This document shows positions 1-8,683 of a DNA stretch of 64,000 nucleotides, piece by piece. The stretch spans positions 35,040 to 99,039 of the forward strand of contig JAEERC010000044.1 of NCBI GenBank assembly GCA_016285645.1, given 5' to 3'. This DNA comes from Clostridiaceae bacterium (GTDB taxonomy: Bacteria; Bacillota; Clostridia; Oscillospirales; Acutalibacteraceae). The position numbers and the translations under genes are program-made. Each line of letters opens with the position of its first letter. The first letter of the stretch is position 1. A model generated the notes under the pieces. It worked only from the letters and a program-made list of their open reading frames with translations, had not been told where the DNA came from and ran no database searches.

Positions 1-477
1 CTTTGTAAGAACAAAATCATAAATAAGGAAAGCCGCGAGACCTATGCCGAGAAGCATCGGAACGGCCGCCAGACCGTAATCCTCAAGCTCGTTAATCTCA
101 AGCCCGATAAGCTTGATCATAAGGAAATATGAAACCGATATAGCCGCCAGGAAGCACACGGATTTGACGATATAGGCGAGAACAGCGGGCATATGCTTTT
201 CGAATACCGCCTTTACAATCGGATAATAGCCGAAAAACGCGGTGTACATTACGGCTACTTCCTTGTCGGCAACAAGAAGCATTGAAAGAATGGCGACGGC
301 GGCATAAACGCCGAAAGCCCATTTTTTATCGATTTCAATTACAATAAGCACAATAAGCGCGCCCGCGGCGGCTGGAAGGGCGTAAGTCAGAAACGGGATA
401 ATCGCCACCGATATAAGCATTACAAGCGAGAGCGCCGCGACAATTCCGCCTATGGCGCATTTTGAACTCTGTTTCAA
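1..477 (-). CDS. Conserved hypothetical multi-pass membrane protein (3'-truncated by window edge)
   Basis: Not in ORF track; read manually: SD GGAGG then TTG at 477, MKQSSKCAIGGIVAALSLVMLISVAIIPFLTYALPAAAG..., open to position 1 with several hydrophobic helices. Confidence 0.75.
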   Translation of the reverse strand, partial: MKQSSKCAIGGIVAALSLVMLISVAIIPFLTYALPAAAGALIVLIVIEIDKKWAFGVYAAVAILSMLLVADKEVAVMYTAFFGYYPIVKAVFEKHMPAVLAYIVKSVCFLAAISVSYFLMIKLIGLEINELEDYGLAAVPMLLGIGLAAFLIYDFVLTK

Positions 478-492
478 AAAAGCACCTCCGGG

Positions 493-1158
493 TCAGCAGC
501 AGTCGTCGCAGTGGCAGCAGTCGTCAAAAGGCCCGAGGTCACAGCACATATCGAGGCAGATAAAGCCCTCGCATATATCGCAGGCGTCACAGTCATCGCA
601 GTCGCAGCCGCAAACATCGCAGTCGCAGCCGGAGTCGTTGCCCGAACTGCTTGAATTTGTATTGTTGTTATTGTTGTAAGTATTGTATCCGCCGGAGTTC
701 GAGTTTTTCCTCGCCTTCGCGGCGTTCTGATAAGCCGTTTTGTATTCCCTGTTCCCCGGCTCTTTATCGTGGGCTTTTTTGAAATTCTTATAGGATTCCT
801 CAAGCCACCCGCGGGAGTGCTGAACTCTTCCTTTAAGATAATACCACTGGGCGTCCCTGCTGTTTTTGGGTATTCCGTCAAGCAGGGTTTCCGCGTCTTC
901 AATTCTGCCCGCGTTTATTCTGCTGACAATATCGGAGTAATCCTGATAATAAGAGTCGTTGTAATTTCCCGATGACCTTGAGGGGGCGGAGGACATTATA
1001 ATCGAATCATACGCCTCGTCGATTTCTCTTATAAGGCGCTCTCTTACACTTGCGTTCTCTATTTCATTGTACTGAGCCAGAAGCGATTTGTATGACGCCT
1101 TTACATTGTCAATGGGCGCGTTTTCGGGCACGCCGAGAATCATATAAGGGCTGCTCAT
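493..1158 (-). CDS. Degenerate J-domain + TPR protein with Cys/Asp-rich C-terminal tail
   Basis: N-terminus PYMILGV...KASY...EIDEAYD resembles a DnaJ domain but has no HPD; AQWYYLKG...EPGNREY is TPR-like; C-terminal CDCDVCGCDCDDC... tail; stop/start overlap with upstream gene. Confidence 0.75.
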   Translation of the reverse strand: MSSPYMILGVPENAPIDNVKASYKSLLAQYNEIENASVRERLIREIDEAYDSIIMSSAPSRSSGNYNDSYYQDYSDIVSRINAGRIEDAETLLDGIPKNSRDAQWYYLKGRVQHSRGWLEESYKNFKKAHDKEPGNREYKTAYQNAAKARKNSNSGGYNTYNNNNNTNSSSSGNDSGCDCDVCGCDCDDCDACDICEGFICLDMCCDLGPFDDCCHCDDCC

Positions 1159-2024
1159 CGTTTTCCTCCCTCCCGTTTTTCATCACTGTATTTTAAAAGA
1201 ACTTTATCGGCGGATTTTTTGAGACCGTAATCAAAAATGTTTTCAAAAATTGTTTTATAACGGCGTATGTTTATTTCATAAAAGGATGCTCTTGCCTCGT
1301 TAATCGTATAATTGAGCGATTGCTTTACGGAATTTACGAAAAGATTTTTATCCTCATTATAAATATCTTTTAACGGGTTGAAATTGCAGCGTCTGATATC
1401 GCTTTCAATATCGTCAGCCGCGTCGATAATATAGACAAATCTGCCTGCCATATAGCCGAATCGCTTTATAGCGTCGGTGTCTGTGCCGTCGCCGAAAAGG
1501 GCGAATATTTCGGAGAGCGCCTTGGCGGACGGGTGTGCCGCTTCATCGAGGGAACAGTCCGGGTTTTCTTCTGTCTCCTTTTGCAGTTTCATTGAACCGC
1601 TTATTATGCTTTCAATATCGGGTGAGAGCCGCTTCGCTTTTTTATGAGCGAAAAAGATATAGGGAAACAGCAAAACGGAAATTATTTTTTTTCCCAATCC
1701 TTTATCGCGCATGTTGTCAATCAGCTTGTAATAGACGGTTATTATCAGGGCGTCGGCGCATTTGTCCGGCAGATGCTTGTCGGAATATTTATGACATTTT
1801 TTAGCGGGATTGTAAGGGCAGCGGCATTTTTCGAACGGAGAGCATTCGGGCTTCAAAGCCGCAACGAACATGGCAAGAAGCGTAAAATCATAGCTTAAAA
1901 ACAGCTGGGCAAAAGGGGAGTATCTTCTGCCGAGATTGCGGCAGAGCGAACAGTAAGCGCCCCTGTAAACCTCATACTCTTTGATTTTGAGTTCCGGCTT
2001 GAAAATTCTGACATAACCGAGCAT
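1155..2024 (-). CDS. DUF5685 family protein
   Basis: N-terminal LGYVR..KPELKIKEYEVYRGAYCSLCRNLGRRY and SYDFTLL motifs recognised as DUF5685-like. Confidence 0.75.
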   Translation of the reverse strand: MLGYVRIFKPELKIKEYEVYRGAYCSLCRNLGRRYSPFAQLFLSYDFTLLAMFVAALKPECSPFEKCRCPYNPAKKCHKYSDKHLPDKCADALIITVYYKLIDNMRDKGLGKKIISVLLFPYIFFAHKKAKRLSPDIESIISGSMKLQKETEENPDCSLDEAAHPSAKALSEIFALFGDGTDTDAIKRFGYMAGRFVYIIDAADDIESDIRRCNFNPLKDIYNEDKNLFVNSVKQSLNYTINEARASFYEINIRRYKTIFENIFDYGLKKSADKVLLKYSDEKREGGKR

Positions 2025-2104
2025 TTTATCACCGATTAAATATTATATCACTATCCTTTAAAAAAATATAGATAATATGTAAATTTTATAAGCGAAAAAA
2101 TAAC

Positions 2105-2133
2105 TTGACACGGTTATATGCTTTTGTTATAAT
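2105..2133 (+). promoter_or_regulatory. Sigma-A promoter of tRNA-Gly
   Basis: TTGACA (2105) -17 bp- TATAAT (2128). Confidence 0.85.
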
Positions 2134-2144
2134 ATCGGTGTTGT

Positions 2145-2218
2145 GCGGGTGTAGTTCAACGGTAGAATCCCAGCCTTCCAAGCTGGTCGCGTGGGTTCGA
2201 TTCCCATCACCCGCTCCA
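2145..2218 (+). tRNA. tRNA-Gly(TCC)
   Basis: Cloverleaf GCGGGTG...CACCCGC, anticodon loop CTTCCAA, GGTTCGATTCC T-arm, encoded CCA. Confidence 0.97.
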
Positions 2219-2249
2219 AAAAATCCTGCCGTAAAACGGCGGGATTTTT
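2219..2249 (+). terminator. Rho-independent terminator after tRNA-Gly
   Basis: aaaaatcctgccgt-aaa-acggcgggattttt hairpin plus U tract. Confidence 0.8.
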
Positions 2250-2309
2250 CTTTTTCTGTTTATTATTTATACTTGAAAATCCGGATGAAATTAAAAGCGA
2301 AATATCATC

Positions 2310-2338
2310 TTGACAAAACAAAAACCTTAATATATAAT
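2310..2338 (+). promoter_or_regulatory. Sigma-A promoter of tRNA-Arg-His-Gln cluster
   Basis: TTGACA (2310) -17 bp- TATAAT (2333). Confidence 0.85.
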
Positions 2339-2361
2339 TATCAAGCGGTTTTTAAGAATAT

Positions 2362-2438
<77 letters not shown>

Positions 2439-2441
2439 TAT

Positions 2442-2519
2442 GGTGGTTATAGCTCAGTTGGTTAGAGTGCCAGGTTGTGGCCCTGGAGGTCGTGGGTTCG
2501 ACTCCCACTAACCACCCCA
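2442..2519 (+). tRNA. tRNA-His(GTG)
   Basis: G-1:C73 pair, anticodon loop TTGTGGC, GGTTCGACTCC T-arm, CCA end. Confidence 0.97.
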
Positions 2520-2569
2520 TTAAAGAATTACGCAAGGCATATCTTAAAGCCCTGCGTTTTTTGTTATAT

Positions 2570-2644
2570 TGGGGTGTCGCCAAGCGGTAAGGCAAAGGAC
2601 TTTGACTCCTTCACTCGTGCGTTCGAATCGCGCCACCCCAGCCA
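2570..2644 (+). tRNA. tRNA-Gln(TTG)
   Basis: TGGGGTG...CACCCCA stem, anticodon loop CTTTGAC, CCA end. Confidence 0.95.
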
Positions 2645-2647
2645 TGA

Positions 2648-2675
2648 AAAATCCCCGTCGTCTGACGGGGATTTT
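2648..2675. terminator. Bidirectional terminator
   Basis: aaaatccccgtc-gtct-gacggggatttt between convergent transcripts. Confidence 0.85.
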
Positions 2676-2677
2676 GT

Positions 2678-3346
2678 TTATAACTGATATATTCCCGAAC
2701 GGAGAACGGCGTATTCCATTTCGCCGCAGCGGAAATAAGATTTTACCTCCTCGTTGAAAACCCTGAAGTCCTCAACGGTGTAGTTCCCGAAAGAGATTGA
2801 GCGGATTTTATATGAATACTCGTTGCAGATAAACAGCTTGTTGTTGTAAATCTTGAGGTCTATCGGGTGGCAGAACGCCTTTGTTTTGGGGCCGCCAATG
2901 CGAAGCTCCGTTCTGCCGTGGTCAATTGAGTAGTTTATAACCGCGTTGGCGTCGGGTACGGCGAACCACACATCCCTGCCGTAAACCGCGGGGGAGCAGA
3001 CGGGAGCGCCCTCGTAATCGAGCTCGTCAACATCCGTAAGCTTGCCGTTGCGGACGATTTTTATTGTTCCGTTCGGGTAGGACGCGAGCAGAGCGCCGTC
3101 GTGTAAGGTTACGGTTTTGCAAGTCGCGTAATCGCCCAGCTGGGAGGCGATGTTTCTGCCGTCTCTGCCGTATTTGAAATCTATGTACTGCAGCACATCC
3201 GCCTGGTAGAACTTGTCGTCAACCTGATTGTATCTGTGAAAAACGCCCGCCTGTTTGCCGCTGGAAAGCGTTTCGCGGGCAAGATATATAAAACCGTTTT
3301 TCAACGGAACTATGTCTATCAATTCAGCTTCAATAAGCTTTCGCAA
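2678..3346 (-). CDS. Hypothetical protein, possible beta-propeller (NHL-like)
   Basis: Real start probably TTG at 3346 after GGAGG (the track ORF extends upstream into the 6S RNA); beta-rich repeats such as HPIDLKIYNNKLFICNEY. Confidence 0.65.
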   Translation of the reverse strand: MRKLIEAELIDIVPLKNGFIYLARETLSSGKQAGVFHRYNQVDDKFYQADVLQYIDFKYGRDGRNIASQLGDYATCKTVTLHDGALLASYPNGTIKIVRNGKLTDVDELDYEGAPVCSPAVYGRDVWFAVPDANAVINYSIDHGRTELRIGGPKTKAFCHPIDLKIYNNKLFICNEYSYKIRSISFGNYTVEDFRVFNEEVKSYFRCGEMEYAVLRSGIYQL

Positions 3347-3360
3347 ATCAATTCCTCCAA

Positions 3361-3548
3361 AAAAACGCCCCGCCTTGCCGATGCGCCGACAGTAACCTGC
3401 TCTCAGCAGGTGGGTGCCTCCCGGTGATTTCGCGCTCCCTTCGTCCGCCTGAGCGGGAGGTCTGCAGTCCCTCACCGGAGACCGGCTCCCTATAAATTAC
3501 GTGTTGGGTTACTTCTTGGTCGCATTTATCGCACAAGGCAGGGTCTTT
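3361..3548 (-). ncRNA. ssrS: 6S RNA
   Basis: Minus strand ~185 nt rod: 5' GACCCTGCCTTGTGCG pairs with 3' GCATCGGCAAGGCGGGG; contains GGGAGCC and GGCACCCACCTGCTGAGAGCAGGTT, matching the conserved Firmicute 6S core. Confidence 0.85.
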
Positions 3549-3549
3549 A

Positions 3550-3855
3550 TTATTCTGTTTCCTCGTCGTCAAAGTCAAACATTTCGGAGAGACGCTCCTC
3601 AAATATCTGACCTATTTCGTTGAATTCATCGTCGTCTTCAATCGGCTCAAGATATGTTTCGCCGTTTTCCTCGCTGACCTTTAAAATGATTAACTCGCCG
3701 TCGTCCTCAAGAATCTTTTCGGCGTCGTCATAGAGCGGAAGAAGAGCCACATATCTGCCGTCGTCGGTCTCGATTCTGTCAAGTTCCTCAAAAACGTGCT
3801 CTTTGCCGTCCTCGTCAACTACGCTGACTATATCGGGATTGTATTCTTCGTCCAT
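3550..3855 (-). CDS. DUF1292 domain acidic protein
   Basis: DIVSVVDEDGKEHVFEELD...YVALLP...ELIILKV...YLEPIEDDDEF signature. Confidence 0.85.
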   Translation of the reverse strand: MDEEYNPDIVSVVDEDGKEHVFEELDRIETDDGRYVALLPLYDDAEKILEDDGELIILKVSEENGETYLEPIEDDDEFNEIGQIFEERLSEMFDFDDEETE

Positions 3856-3943
3856 AGGTTGTGTCCTTTCATTCTTTTCAATTATATTTTAATATCAAAA
3901 ACACATTTAGTCAATAGAAATCGAATTTTTTAATGCTCATTTA

Positions 3944-3971
3944 TTGACATATTTAATGAATAAAATATAAT
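3944..3971 (+). promoter_or_regulatory. Sigma-A promoter of G1PDH-SecB-like-ppa unit
   Basis: TTGACA (3944) -16 bp- TATAAT (3966). Confidence 0.7.
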
Positions 3972-4001
3972 AGTAATATAATTAAAACCGAGGTATGAAA
4001 A

Positions 4002-5360
4002 ATGCAGAATATATCCGTTGAAAATCTCATAAACAAAGGCGCGTTCGAATGTCCCTGCGGCAAGACGCATTCAGCCCATCTCAAAAAGGCGGTAATAAGC
4101 CGCGGAGCCGTTTCGCTCATGCCCGGATTCATTAAAGAATACGGCTGTAAAAAGCCCTATGTTTTAGCCGATATAAACACCGTAAAAGCGGGCGAAAAAG
4201 CGCTCGAAGTTCTTGATGAAGCGGGAATCGGATATATAAAATATGTATATAACGAAAAGCATATTGAGCCCGATGACACATCGGTAGGCAAAGCGTTTCT
4301 CAATTTCAGTTATTCCTGCGATATCGTTGTCGGAATCGGCTCGGGCGTAATTAACGATATAGGCAAAATCGTTTCGAGAATGACGGGTCTGCCCTATATT
4401 ATTGTGGGCACGGCGCCTTCCATGGACGGTTACGCCTCCTCGACATCTTCGGTTATAAGAGACGGTCTGAAAGTCTCCGTTGACAGCAGATGCCCCGATA
4501 TTGTAATAGGCGATCTCGATATTCTCTGCAAAGCGCCCGCCTATATGGCGGCTGCGGGTCTCGGCGATATGCTCGCTAAATACATAAGCGTTTGCGAGTG
4601 GAGAATCGGCAACGTTGTTACGGGCGAATACTACTGCGAGGAGGTCGCCTCGATTATCCGCTACGCCCTCAATAAATGCGTTGAAGGCGCGGACAAACTC
4701 ACCGACGGCGATGAGCAAACAATCAAAAGCATTATGGAGGGGCTCGTGATTTCCGGTATAGCCGCGGATTACGCCGGAGTGAGCAGACCGGTCTCCGGTG
4801 TGGAACATTATTTTTCACATATCTGGGATATGAGAAACGCCGAATTCGGTACCCCGATGGATCTTCACGGAATACAGTGCGGCATAGGTACGCTTCTCGC
4901 GGTGAAAGGATATAACCGCCTGCTGTCGCTTTCTCCCGACAAAGAAAAGGCGGCGGAAAAATTCAGCTCATTCGACATCGACGCCTGGCGTGAAAAAATA
5001 AGCGGTTATCTCGGCTCGGCAGGGGAGCAGATGATTAAAAACACCCGTACCTGCGAGCTTTACAACGGTGAAAAATTCAACGATAGAATTGAGAATATCT
5101 GCGATAATTGGAATATAATCAAAGAAATCGTTTCGGAGGAAATCCCGCGGTATGAAACTGTTCTCAATATCTTAAAAACAATCAAAGCCCCGGTAAGCTC
5201 CGACGAAATCGGCATTCCCTCAGCAACAAATCCGCTGACTTTCAGAATGACGAAGGATATACGCGACAAATATATTCTTTCGACGCTTCTGTTTGATATG
5301 GGACTTCTCGATGAAACCGCAGAAGATGTTTTCTGCGCGGGAATTGATAATGAGCGGTAA
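4002..5360 (+). CDS. sn-glycerol-1-phosphate dehydrogenase (AraM/EgsA type)
   Basis: N-terminal CPCGKTH, GSGVINDIGK, TAPSMDGYAS, SGVEHYFSHIWDM and LHGIQCGIG motifs. Confidence 0.88.
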   Translation: MQNISVENLINKGAFECPCGKTHSAHLKKAVISRGAVSLMPGFIKEYGCKKPYVLADINTVKAGEKALEVLDEAGIGYIKYVYNEKHIEPDDTSVGKAFLNFSYSCDIVVGIGSGVINDIGKIVSRMTGLPYIIVGTAPSMDGYASSTSSVIRDGLKVSVDSRCPDIVIGDLDILCKAPAYMAAAGLGDMLAKYISVCEWRIGNVVTGEYYCEEVASIIRYALNKCVEGADKLTDGDEQTIKSIMEGLVISGIAADYAGVSRPVSGVEHYFSHIWDMRNAEFGTPMDLHGIQCGIGTLLAVKGYNRLLSLSPDKEKAAEKFSSFDIDAWREKISGYLGSAGEQMIKNTRTCELYNGEKFNDRIENICDNWNIIKEIVSEEIPRYETVLNILKTIKAPVSSDEIGIPSATNPLTFRMTKDIRDKYILSTLLFDMGLLDETAEDVFCAGIDNER

Positions 5361-5390
5361 ATGTGATATTGTAATGAAAGAGGTGTTAAT

Positions 5391-5840
5391 ATGAACAATA
5401 TTGAACTTAAAGCGTACAGAGCGAAGGAAATAAGTTTTGTCAACAAAGTTGAGAACAACACGAAAATCAATTTTGAAAACAAGTATTCCTACAATGTTAA
5501 CTATTCAAGGCAGAACATATGCAAGGGCGAAATGAAGGTTTCGGCAATTTCAAAGGAATTCCCCGACAAATTCAATATTACCGTGGTTGTGGAGGGCATA
5601 TTCGGCTTTGACCCCGAAGTGCCGAAGGAAAAAATACATGTTGAATCCTTCAAACAGCTTTTCCCTTACACCAAGGCGCTTATTTCCACCGTCACCGCGA
5701 ACGCGGGAATACCCGCGCTGTTCATACCCACAATCGATATTGAAAAATCCAGCATTTACAAATATGATGTAAACAACAGTTTCATAAACCCCAACAAACG
5801 CAGGGAAAACGAAGAAGACGAAGAAAACGACGACGAATAA
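5391..5840 (+). CDS. SecB-like chaperone
   Basis: ITVVVEGIFGF...QLFPYTKALISTVTANAGIPALFIPTID matches the SecB-fold C-terminal pattern (lFPY.R..is..t...g.P.l.lP). Confidence 0.65.
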   Translation: MNNIELKAYRAKEISFVNKVENNTKINFENKYSYNVNYSRQNICKGEMKVSAISKEFPDKFNITVVVEGIFGFDPEVPKEKIHVESFKQLFPYTKALISTVTANAGIPALFIPTIDIEKSSIYKYDVNNSFINPNKRRENEEDEENDDE

Positions 5841-5851
5841 AGGAGAGAATT

Positions 5852-6385
5852 ATGGGAAACATCTGGCACAGCATTAACCCGAAAAGAATCACACCCGAGG
5901 ATTTCATAGCGGTTATCGAAATCGCTCAGGGCAGCAAGAAAAAATACGAACTTGACAAAGAAACCGGTCACATCATTCTTGACCGTATTCTTTACACGGC
6001 AACCCATTATCCCGCCAATTACGGGCTTATTCCGCGCACTTTGGGCGATGACGGCGACCCGCTCGATGTTATGGTGGTGTGCAGCGAAAGTCTTGAGCCG
6101 ATGACTCTTGTGCGCTGCTATCCCATAGGCGTTATAAAGATGATTGACCAGGGAAAGAGCGACGAAAAAATAATAGCCATTCCGTTCAACGATCCCACTT
6201 ACAACACCTATCACAGCATTACCGAGCTTCCCCACCACGTGTTTGACGAGATGCAGCATTTCTTTACCGTCTATAAAAATCTTGAGGGCAAGGAAACCGC
6301 CGTTGACGCCGTTCAGGACAGGGACACCGCACTTGAAATCATAAAGAAAAGCATAGATCTTTATGTGGAGAATTACTGCAGATAA
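5852..6385 (+). CDS. ppa: Family I inorganic pyrophosphatase
   Basis: KKKYELDKETG, YPANYGLIPRTLGDDGDPLDVMV, DEKIIA motifs. Confidence 0.95.
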   Translation: MGNIWHSINPKRITPEDFIAVIEIAQGSKKKYELDKETGHIILDRILYTATHYPANYGLIPRTLGDDGDPLDVMVVCSESLEPMTLVRCYPIGVIKMIDQGKSDEKIIAIPFNDPTYNTYHSITELPHHVFDEMQHFFTVYKNLEGKETAVDAVQDRDTALEIIKKSIDLYVENYCR

Positions 6386-6579
6386 TTTCCGCATCGGCAT
6401 AATAACGGAACATGATTCCGGTTAAAACAAAATATTGTTGCCTATTTTGTAAATTTTCACAAATTTAACATATATATAGTGGTATTATTTTACTGTAATT
6501 TTTGATATTTTATTTGACTATTATATTATATTTATGATAAAATCAATTTATAAATTCATTCGGTAACGGAGAAACGAAA

Positions 6580-7068
6580 ATGAAAAAAATTGCAGTCATT
6601 ATGGGCAGCGACAGCGACCTGCCCGTTGTACAGAAAGCCATTGATGTTCTCGACGAATACGATATTCCCTATGAGGTGCATGTCTACTCGGCGCACAGAA
6701 CTCCCGAACAGGCGAGAGATTTCTCATTGAACGCCCGCAAAAACGGATTCGGCGCCATTATCGCCGCGGCAGGCAAGGCGGCTCATCTCGCGGGAGCGCT
6801 CGCCGCTAACTCGACTCTGCCTGTTATCGGTATTCCCGTAAAATCTTCAACGCTTGACGGCCTTGACGCTCTGCTTTCAACCGTGCAGATGCCCTCGGGC
6901 ATTCCGGTAGCGACGGTTGCCATTGACGGAGCCGCGAACGCCGCTCTGCTCGCGATTGAGATTCTCGCCGTGAGCGACCCGGTGCTCGCTTCAAAGCTCG
7001 ACAAAGCGAGGGAAGAAGCCGCGCAGAAGGTTCTTGAAAAGGACCGCGGCATGGCGGACAGGTTTTAA
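6580..7068 (+). CDS. purE: N5-CAIR mutase
   Basis: [38 protein letters not shown]. Confidence 0.97.
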   Translation: MKKIAVIMGSDSDLPVVQKAIDVLDEYDIPYEVHVYSAHRTPEQARDFSLNARKNGFGAIIAAAGKAAHLAGALAANSTLPVIGIPVKSSTLDGLDALLSTVQMPSGIPVATVAIDGAANAALLAIEILAVSDPVLASKLDKAREEAAQKVLEKDRGMADRF

Positions 7069-7254
7069 TTTTTCAAAAGGGGGCGGTCGGTATGAACTCA
7101 GTTGTTTCAAAATGCTGTTTCATTGTGCCTTTCTGCCCTTGTGCCACTATGCTTTCCCGCAATCTTTCAAATTATAATCTTGAATCTTACAGCCGTTCAG
7201 TCTGCGACTAAGCAGATTTTAAACGGCTGTTTATTTATATCGGAGGTAATTGTT

Positions 7255-8679
7255 ATGGGCGGATTTTTCGGCGCCGTATCGGAGAGAGACGTAATACTTG
7301 ATGTGTTTTTCGGAACGGACTATCACTCACATCTCGGCACACTCAGGGGCGGTATTGCCGCTTTGACCGAGAACGGCTTTGACAGGCATATTCACAATAT
7401 TGAGAACACGCCTTTCAGAACAAAACTCGAAAAGGACATTATGGATATCCGGGGCAGGGCGTGCATCGGCTGCATCAGCGACACGGACCCTCAGCCGATT
7501 ATCATCAGGTCGCACCTCGGCACCTACGCCATAAGCACAATCGGCATAATCAGGAACATAAAGGAACTGACAGCCGAGATTGTTGACAAATCAAATATTC
7601 ATTTCAGCGGTATGAGCGGCGGCAAAATCAACACATCCGAGCTGACCGCGGCGCTTATAAATACAAAGGCGGATTTCGTCGAGGGAATAAAGTTCGCTCA
7701 CGATAAAATCGAGGGCTCGATTTCGATTCTTATTCTCACCGATAAATACGAAATTATTGCCGCGAGGGATAAATCCGGCAGACTGCCGATTCTTGTGGGA
7801 AAGGACGAGCACGGCTACTGCGTGTCGTTTGAATCCTTCGCCTATGAAAAACTGGGATATAAGGATGAACACGAGCTGGGCTGCGGAGAAGTTGTGAAAA
7901 TAACAGCCGACAAGCTTGAGGTTCTGTCGCCTCCCAACAAATGCAAAAAGAGAATCTGCTCCTTCCTCTGGACTTATTACGGCTACCCGAACTCGCACTA
8001 TGAAGGCGTGAATGTTGAGGTTATGAGATACCGCAACGGCGAGATTATGGCAAACGCCGACAAAGAAAAGGGCGTTGCGCAGAATATAGACTATGTCTGC
8101 GGCGTTCCCGATTCCGGTCTTCCGCACGCAATCGGCTATTCAAACGCCAGCGTTGTTCCGTTCGCGAGACCGTTTATCAAATACACGCCTACCTGGCCGA
8201 GAAGCTTTATGCCCACAAACCAGAATGTGCGCAACCAGGTTGCGAAAATGAAACTTATTCCCGTAACGGAACTGATTAACGGCAAAAAACTTTTATTTGT
8301 TGACGACAGCATAGTAAGAGGTACACAGCTTCGCGAAACGGTTGAGTTCCTCTATGAAAACGGGGCGAAGGAAGTTCACATGCGCTCCGCCTGCCCGCCG
8401 ATTATGTTCGGCTGCAAATACCTCAATTTCTCCGCCTCCACCTCCGAAATGGAACTCATAGCGAGAAGAACAATAGCGGAGCTTGAGGGCGATGAGGGCG
8501 AAAAGCACCTCGATGAGTACGCCGACGCCTCATCGGAGCGCGGCAAGAAACTGCGCGAGACAATCGCCGAAAAACTCAAACTCGATTCACTCGAATACCA
8601 GACTCTTGAAGGTCTTATTGAGGCAATAGGGCTTGACAGAGACGAAATATGCACATATTGCTGGGACGGAAGGGAGTAA
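7255..8679 (+). CDS. purF: Amidophosphoribosyltransferase (Fe-S type; N-terminal Cys replaced by Gly)
   Basis: Start ATG 7255 after GGAGG; [21 protein letters not shown] loop, C-terminal CTYCW. Confidence 0.93.
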   Translation: MGGFFGAVSERDVILDVFFGTDYHSHLGTLRGGIAALTENGFDRHIHNIENTPFRTKLEKDIMDIRGRACIGCISDTDPQPIIIRSHLGTYAISTIGIIRNIKELTAEIVDKSNIHFSGMSGGKINTSELTAALINTKADFVEGIKFAHDKIEGSISILILTDKYEIIAARDKSGRLPILVGKDEHGYCVSFESFAYEKLGYKDEHELGCGEVVKITADKLEVLSPPNKCKKRICSFLWTYYGYPNSHYEGVNVEVMRYRNGEIMANADKEKGVAQNIDYVCGVPDSGLPHAIGYSNASVVPFARPFIKYTPTWPRSFMPTNQNVRNQVAKMKLIPVTELINGKKLLFVDDSIVRGTQLRETVEFLYENGAKEVHMRSACPPIMFGCKYLNFSASTSEMELIARRTIAELEGDEGEKHLDEYADASSERGKKLRETIAEKLKLDSLEYQTLEGLIEAIGLDRDEICTYCWDGRE

Positions 8680-8683
8680 TGAA

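Noticed and set aside
4002-5360. Archaeal-type ether lipid pathway implied by G1P dehydrogenase
   Set aside because: AraM-type G1PDH is common in Firmicutes, and no GGGP/DGGGP synthase is visible in the window. A link to DUF5685 would be pure speculation.
6400-6579. PurR box or purine riboswitch upstream of purE
   Set aside because: Only a weak ATAACGGAACATG near-match to the PurBox is seen, with no second box and no riboswitch fold.
7102-7254. N-terminal extension of PurF and other extended track starts (8633, 25864, 28813-29772, 36655, 3475)
   Set aside because: Strong SD sites and homology place the starts downstream. The extensions run through intergenic, promoter or 6S sequence.
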